Positions 58,901 through 64,000 of a DNA stretch of 64,000 nucleotides are shown here, in pieces. Numbering within the stretch: the stretch's first letter is position 1; each line of letters starts with the position of its first letter. The stretch is from Klebsormidium nitens (lineage: Eukaryota > Plantae > Klebsormidiophyceae), in NCBI GenBank assembly GCA_000708835.1, contig DF237029.1:24658-88657 (forward strand). Direction: 5' to 3'. A program made the position numbers and the translations under genes. Under the pieces are notes generated by a model. It did not search any database. It saw nothing but the letters and a program-made list of their open reading frames with translations, and was not told the origin of the DNA.

Positions 58901-61900
58901 GTGAATTGACGCTAACGGGAAAGGGGTCATTAGTCGTTTATCCAATTCTCCGTTCCGCAATCAGTCGGGCACTCTTATGATCAAACCTAAAACAAAAGGC
59001 CCCTTGCAAGTTCGCTGCTTCTATAGGACAGGCCTGGGGCACTTACACGAAGCCGTCACGGTCATGATCGAACGGCCTCGACGCCGCGCAAGGGCTGTCG
59101 TTGAAGCTCGTGGAGAGGGCCCTCAACCTGCCACGAGGTAGAAGGGATCCGAATCAACGGTCCAGACAATCGCTTGACGCCCGTTTCAAGCTGGCAATCG
59201 TGATGACACTTTATACGTCTGCAACGACTTGGGATGCTCCAAGCTACATTTATTTCACAACGGGCACCTTGCTGCATGGCTTTCGGCGAGGTGTGCCTGA
59301 ACCTCTATCATCAAAGCCTGTCGTCCACCAACCTGCATGATTTGGCTAGACTGGAAACCTTATCGGTGTCGACAACCCAGTAACAAGAAGCACTCTAAGC
59401 TTTCGACCGCGATGGTCGCTTCACCCAGTACTTCATCGGTTTAAGATGCAGCACCCAGAAAACAGAGTCCCTGCTGATTGGATGGTACAGACTGTCTCGG
59501 TGCTGCCTACGTCAAGCAAACCCAAATACAAGCTGCGAAACCCCGCAATGCTCGAATGGGACTCGAAGAAAGTTGGGGACAAGTAAAGGGCTTGCTACCT
59601 GCAGAACCCCGCAATAGACAGCGCATCGATGCACGACTCGCTGCCCCCCGCCAGCATGACGTCAGCATCGCCGTACTTGATCATACGCGCCGCGTCGCCC
59701 ACCGAGTGCGCGCCGCTCGCGCACGCTGTGACCGCCGCGTGGTTCGGGCCCTGCGGCAGTGGATGATAAGCACGTATGCTATACGGAGGACACGTGGATA
59801 TAAGGTTCGTTCATATAGGTAATTTGCTGTTAGACAGTAGACAAGAGTGGAGGAAGTAAGACCGGACTAAAGGTCACGGTCCCAGTTTTGCAACACTGCA
59901 CCCTCGCGTCCCGGATCCACGCTTTTTGGGTGCGTATAAGCACCTGTGTTTCCGCTCTCCCTTTTCCTGAAGTGCTCAGAGATCTGGGAACAACACAGCA
60001 GGGCTGTGAGGTTGGCATGACCTGAACGAGGAACAAAATGATTGATCCTTCTGGCAACCAGGCAACACTTCTCTACAGGTTACTTACGTCTCAAGGCCGT
60101 GGCAGCGTGCGATCAGCCTTTTCTGTCTCTTACCTGGCAATTGTTGTCAATGCTGACGTATCCTGACGCCATGTTGATTAGGATCTTGGGCACGAAGAAG
60201 GGGCTCAACCGCCGGATCTTCTGCAATGAAAAGGACCGCAGACACTTCTAAGATCGTTATCGAAATAGGAAGATTCTAAGTACTTGAGTTCTAGGTAAAC
60301 AAAAGGCTGCTGTTTCAATCGAAGCTCTACTTTTGTCAGGGAAGCCTGCACTTATACAACATCTCCGCTCTTTTGGAAGAAAGTCTTTCTAGAACGGGGT
60401 CTGACTTTCATTTGACATGCAATGAGGGCCACTTACTAAACGCAAGGGTCGGGGTCCACAGACGGGCTTGAATGCCTATTTGCACAGAGCGCTGGTAACA
60501 ATAGTTTGTGAAGAGAATGGAAGTTTACACGGACTGTTCTTGATGACGTGGCCTAAAGATCCAGAAAATGGTGGCTCTCAAATCACAGAAGAAGGACAAG
60601 GTTTGGCATCCCTCAGTGAGAGCGCGCTGTGAGTCGAGGAGGGATGCCATATCAGAAGAGTGACGTGTACTAAGCTCGTGGTCGGGATTAAATGAAGAGC
60701 AGTCCCTTTTAAGGAGCGGGCCTGAGCGGTTTGGGCCGCTCACTTGGTCTATAACAAGCTTGGCTGCGTCCACGATCTCGCCGATGCAGCCAATGCCGCC
60801 CCCGATCGCCACACCCTGCACTCACACGAGACATGTGAAGCTGCCGCCCGTGCTGATGGAAGCTTGTCTTGGAGTTGTGCACCGGGGGTGCGATCTTGAC
60901 AACCCCATCGGCGCCATTCAGTGGGCTAGTCAGCTCAGTTCTTTGAATCAACACCTATTGAACACAGGCGCTTGGCAGAAGATTGCATGGATGAAAGGGG
61001 CCAACGCGGGTGCATCTGCTAAGAACTGCTTCTGCCTCGAGATGCGCAGAGCTATTTGGTGGAGGGGTAGTACAGATTGAGGTGGATCAGAGACGACTTG
61101 AAAGATTCTGACAGACAGAAAGGAGAAGGACTTCCTTGATTCTGATCAAGTCGCGTTGGCACATCGAACACTTTCCTGAAGATGGTGAAATAACTGGGTT
61201 GTGAGGATACTCGAAACTCACCTACCAAGAGTAATCTGATCAATGCGGTCCCTGCCCTGGGATTTGTAAGCTACTGCTCTCGCATGTTTCAACGCGCGGG
61301 AGCCTCACCGTTCGTTCAGCTCTCTGATGCGTATCCGCCGTCCACTTGGCATCCTCGAGGGCCTCCTTGGCGGCCAGCTGGGCAAAGGCGATGAAGAGGG
61401 CGATGCGGCGCTGCTCCTGCAGAACAACCTTGGCCTTACTGGATCCAGAACCAGTCACTCACAAAGAGAGGAGCGGGGGGTGAAACTCTACGGTAGTCCT
61501 TCCTCATTCTGGACATCCTACTGCAGACGTTGAGATGTGACCACTGCCACCCCTGATAAATTGGAGCGTATGTACAGGCCTTCTGCCGAGTGTGCCTCTT
61601 CCTTGACTTACAAAAGCACAAAATAACATGACAGATATATAAGGAAAGTCCCAAACAAAAGGCAATCTCACTTTTCGCCCCAGGATCTTATCCTCGTCAA
61701 ACTCTGTTGGCCCTGTTCCCCGGGGCACGAACGCCGCCACTTTGGACGGCAGCTGGCGCCAGAGCTCCTGTGCTTCCTCAGGGGACTGCCAGCTCAGCGC
61801 GATGTCATGGGCCGTCACTTTCCTGACGCCGCATTCTCCATCAACAAGGCGCTGCCAGGTGGCAATAACACCGCGGGCTAAGGGAGTCACTAGCCCTAGA

Positions 61901-62522
61901 CCTGGGGTTTGGGGAGACAAGTGAGATGGTCAAAGGTTGATTGTCAAGCCCAATAGTCTTGTTTCATCGTCAATTCCCACTCAAATTGGTCATTTGATGC
62001 ATAAAAGAGGATCTTTAATGAATGGCAGCACATTCTGTGAAACTCAAAAATGTGCAGGAGATACTCTGGGCTTAATTTTCGATGTTCCGCAATGCTTCTT
62101 GGCCAGGGCGCAAGCGGCTGATCGTTGGATTCTAGGACATTGATGCCCCAACCTAACAGCCAAAAGATTATTTTCTTCCACATGATACTTTGGATGCATT
62201 TGGGATGCATTGACTCGCTTTCTGCCAATGCCACCCAAACGACTCCATCAAAGCTGCACCCGGATGTCCCAGACAGAGAATTTTGATTCCTTGTCAATGG
62301 TCCTGTTTCACAATCTCAGCACAATCATGGGTTGCAAAGCATACCTGTTACAACGACCCTGCGCTGAGGAGACAGAGGGGGAGGCGGAAACCCCCTGCTT
62401 GCTGCCCCTGCATAGCAGCGCTCTGATGGTTGGAGTTTGCGAAGACAAGATGCTTCGGAAGAACTAAGATATTTCTGCACAGCTTTTCGAACGTTCAGGA
62501 TGTTACGAGGGAGTTGATTCAT
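55997..62522 (-). CDS. mtKAS: Mitochondrial 3-oxoacyl-[ACP] synthase (mtKAS/OXSM, FabF family); multi-exon
   Basis: [52 protein letters not shown], catalytic Cys in [51 protein letters not shown], His in [10 protein letters not shown], His in [21 protein letters not shown]. The Arg-rich leader (ATG 62522) and overall sequence fit the mitochondrial rather than the plastid KASI/II type. Confidence 0.92.
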
Positions 62523-63402
62523 CTTGCCGCGCTAAAATATTGCATACAGGTCAAACGCAGCCAAAGGCCGAGCGGCCATTTGGATTCCCAGCGGCAGAAG
62601 CGTCCGCTGATTGCCACGAAAAGCTCAAGTTCCTAAACCCGAGCGCGAAGTCCATGCTATATATTATGCTTATGTCCCTGGATGCCGAAAGCTGACCAAC
62701 ATTTTCTGAGCAAGGAGGAAATGAATCAGATGAACCTCCCTTCTGAAGAGCAGAGAGCGAGCTGAGCTGCGAGCTAGGAACTAGACGTGGACGCAGGACC
62801 TCAACATCATGGCATGATCCGGCTTGTGGTACATAGTTGTACCGCACGTGAAATGCCGGTCAGCCAGGCTCTAGTTAGATTTGTCCGACTGCAGCCTGAA
62901 GCCTAAGGGATCCCTCTTGGTCTGCTCGCAAACTTGCAACGAGCTGCTCACATTGAGTCACAAGTTCCGGAGCTAGGAGCCCGCTAACGTGGTGAGATGC
63001 ATGACGGCCGTGCATGCAAAACGCAGGGCATTCGTTTCAGAGGAAAGCTTTCTCTGCCGGGCACAATGACCTACCGTACCAAGGTTTCTGCTGCCAGTGG
63101 GAGGGTGGAGGAGGGATCTGTGAGTTCCTACTGTCGGGAAGAAAGAAAGCAGGCTCCTGTTGGATCCGGGTTTGCAAGGGAGCACGTCAGCTTCGAGTGC
63201 CTGCTTATCTGCAGCCTGCATCTTGCATCTCCCATCACGTCAGCAGCTCGTCATGGTGGCCGCATCGCTCGCCGTGCCCCAGGCGGGGTGCTCTTGGCTT
63301 CTCTTGGGAGGCCAGAGGGTTTCACCGACGCGGACGTGGACTTGTCAGCAGTTCCTAGTTGTTCCTCCCTCCCCTCCTAGCAGACGAAGCCTGAATGTGA
63401 AG

Positions 63403-63729
63403 ATGGCCCGCATCTCTGACCGCAAAGAGAGCAATGCCAGCATCTCTTACGGCAAAGAAAGCAATGGACGTCTGACGAAGGGGATCCCATACGCTGAGGC
63501 TGCGGAACGGAGGAGGAAGCTGAATAAGCCTACGCCGTTCGAGGACCAGCTATTGGACGCAACAAATGAGTTTCTGAACGTGTTGGCTTATCCGATCGGG
63601 CTTGGAGTTTTAGCAGCCTCGCTGCCTGCCATTTGGACTTACAGGCTGGTCTCGGACGCACTTTCGCAGCCAGCAGACATGACGGACAAGGTGGTCCTGA
63701 TCACCGGAGCTAGCTCGGGCCTCGGGGAG
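63403..63729 (+). CDS. First coding exon of a steroleosin / 11-beta-hydroxysteroid dehydrogenase-like SDR (3'-truncated by the window end)
   Basis: NEFLNVLAYPIGLGVLAASLPAIWTYRLV (hydrophobic anchor with two Pro), then DMTDKVVLITGASSGLGE (SDR TGxxxGxG), then donor GAG|GTAAGC at 63729/63730. Confidence 0.75.
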
Positions 63730-64000
63730 GTAAGCTGAAATAGAGGATTTGTTATGGAGAATGTAAGGGAAGGTCAACTGGGAGAAAGCCGTGCAGAGGA
63801 TGTTTTGGAGAGTAGCTTAGAGAAAGTCTCAGAAGGTTTCTTGATAAGCTGCAAGGAGATCTTCAAAGTGAGCTGGTGACGAGCCCATCAATGGGCTACA
63901 TCTCAAGCTTACTTAGTTCAAGGACCACGGATCCTTGTGAGCATGTCGGTTTCGGTTGAGTACCTTGCACCACAATGAGTTCCTATTGAAGTATTGGCAT

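Overview
Eukaryotic, intron-rich, gene-dense nuclear DNA with GT-AG introns, frequent 'tgcag|' acceptors and GC3-rich exons. Plant-type orthologues in this compact layout suggest a streptophyte green alga such as Klebsormidium (inference). I spliced the genes by hand and found 12 protein-coding loci. In order: the 3' end of a large disordered Gly/Ala/Lys-rich protein (+), a 3-exon Ala/Pro-rich orphan protein (+), a plastid-type MFS sugar porter (-), a cation-chloride cotransporter (+), dehydroascorbate reductase (-), elongation factor 2 (+), an FAD-dependent oxidoreductase (-), a RECQ2-type helicase (+), an uncharacterised probably plastid protein (+), an intronless F-box-like/LRR ORF (-), mitochondrial beta-ketoacyl-ACP synthase (-), and the first coding exon of a steroleosin-like SDR (+, truncated by the window end). 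Eight genes form four head-to-head pairs with 0.8-1.1 kb between start codons. Two clear MITEs of different superfamilies and one degenerate inverted-repeat element lie in intergenic DNA. I recognised no rRNA, tRNA, CRISPR array or autonomous transposon, and I see no convincing novel multi-gene system. The best leads are a single DHAR gene that appears to encode both plastid and cytosolic isoforms with a MITE just upstream, a CCC that differs from angiosperm CCC1, the orphan repeat protein, and the steroleosin with an N-terminal extension. Family assignments rest on recalled motifs; no database search was run.
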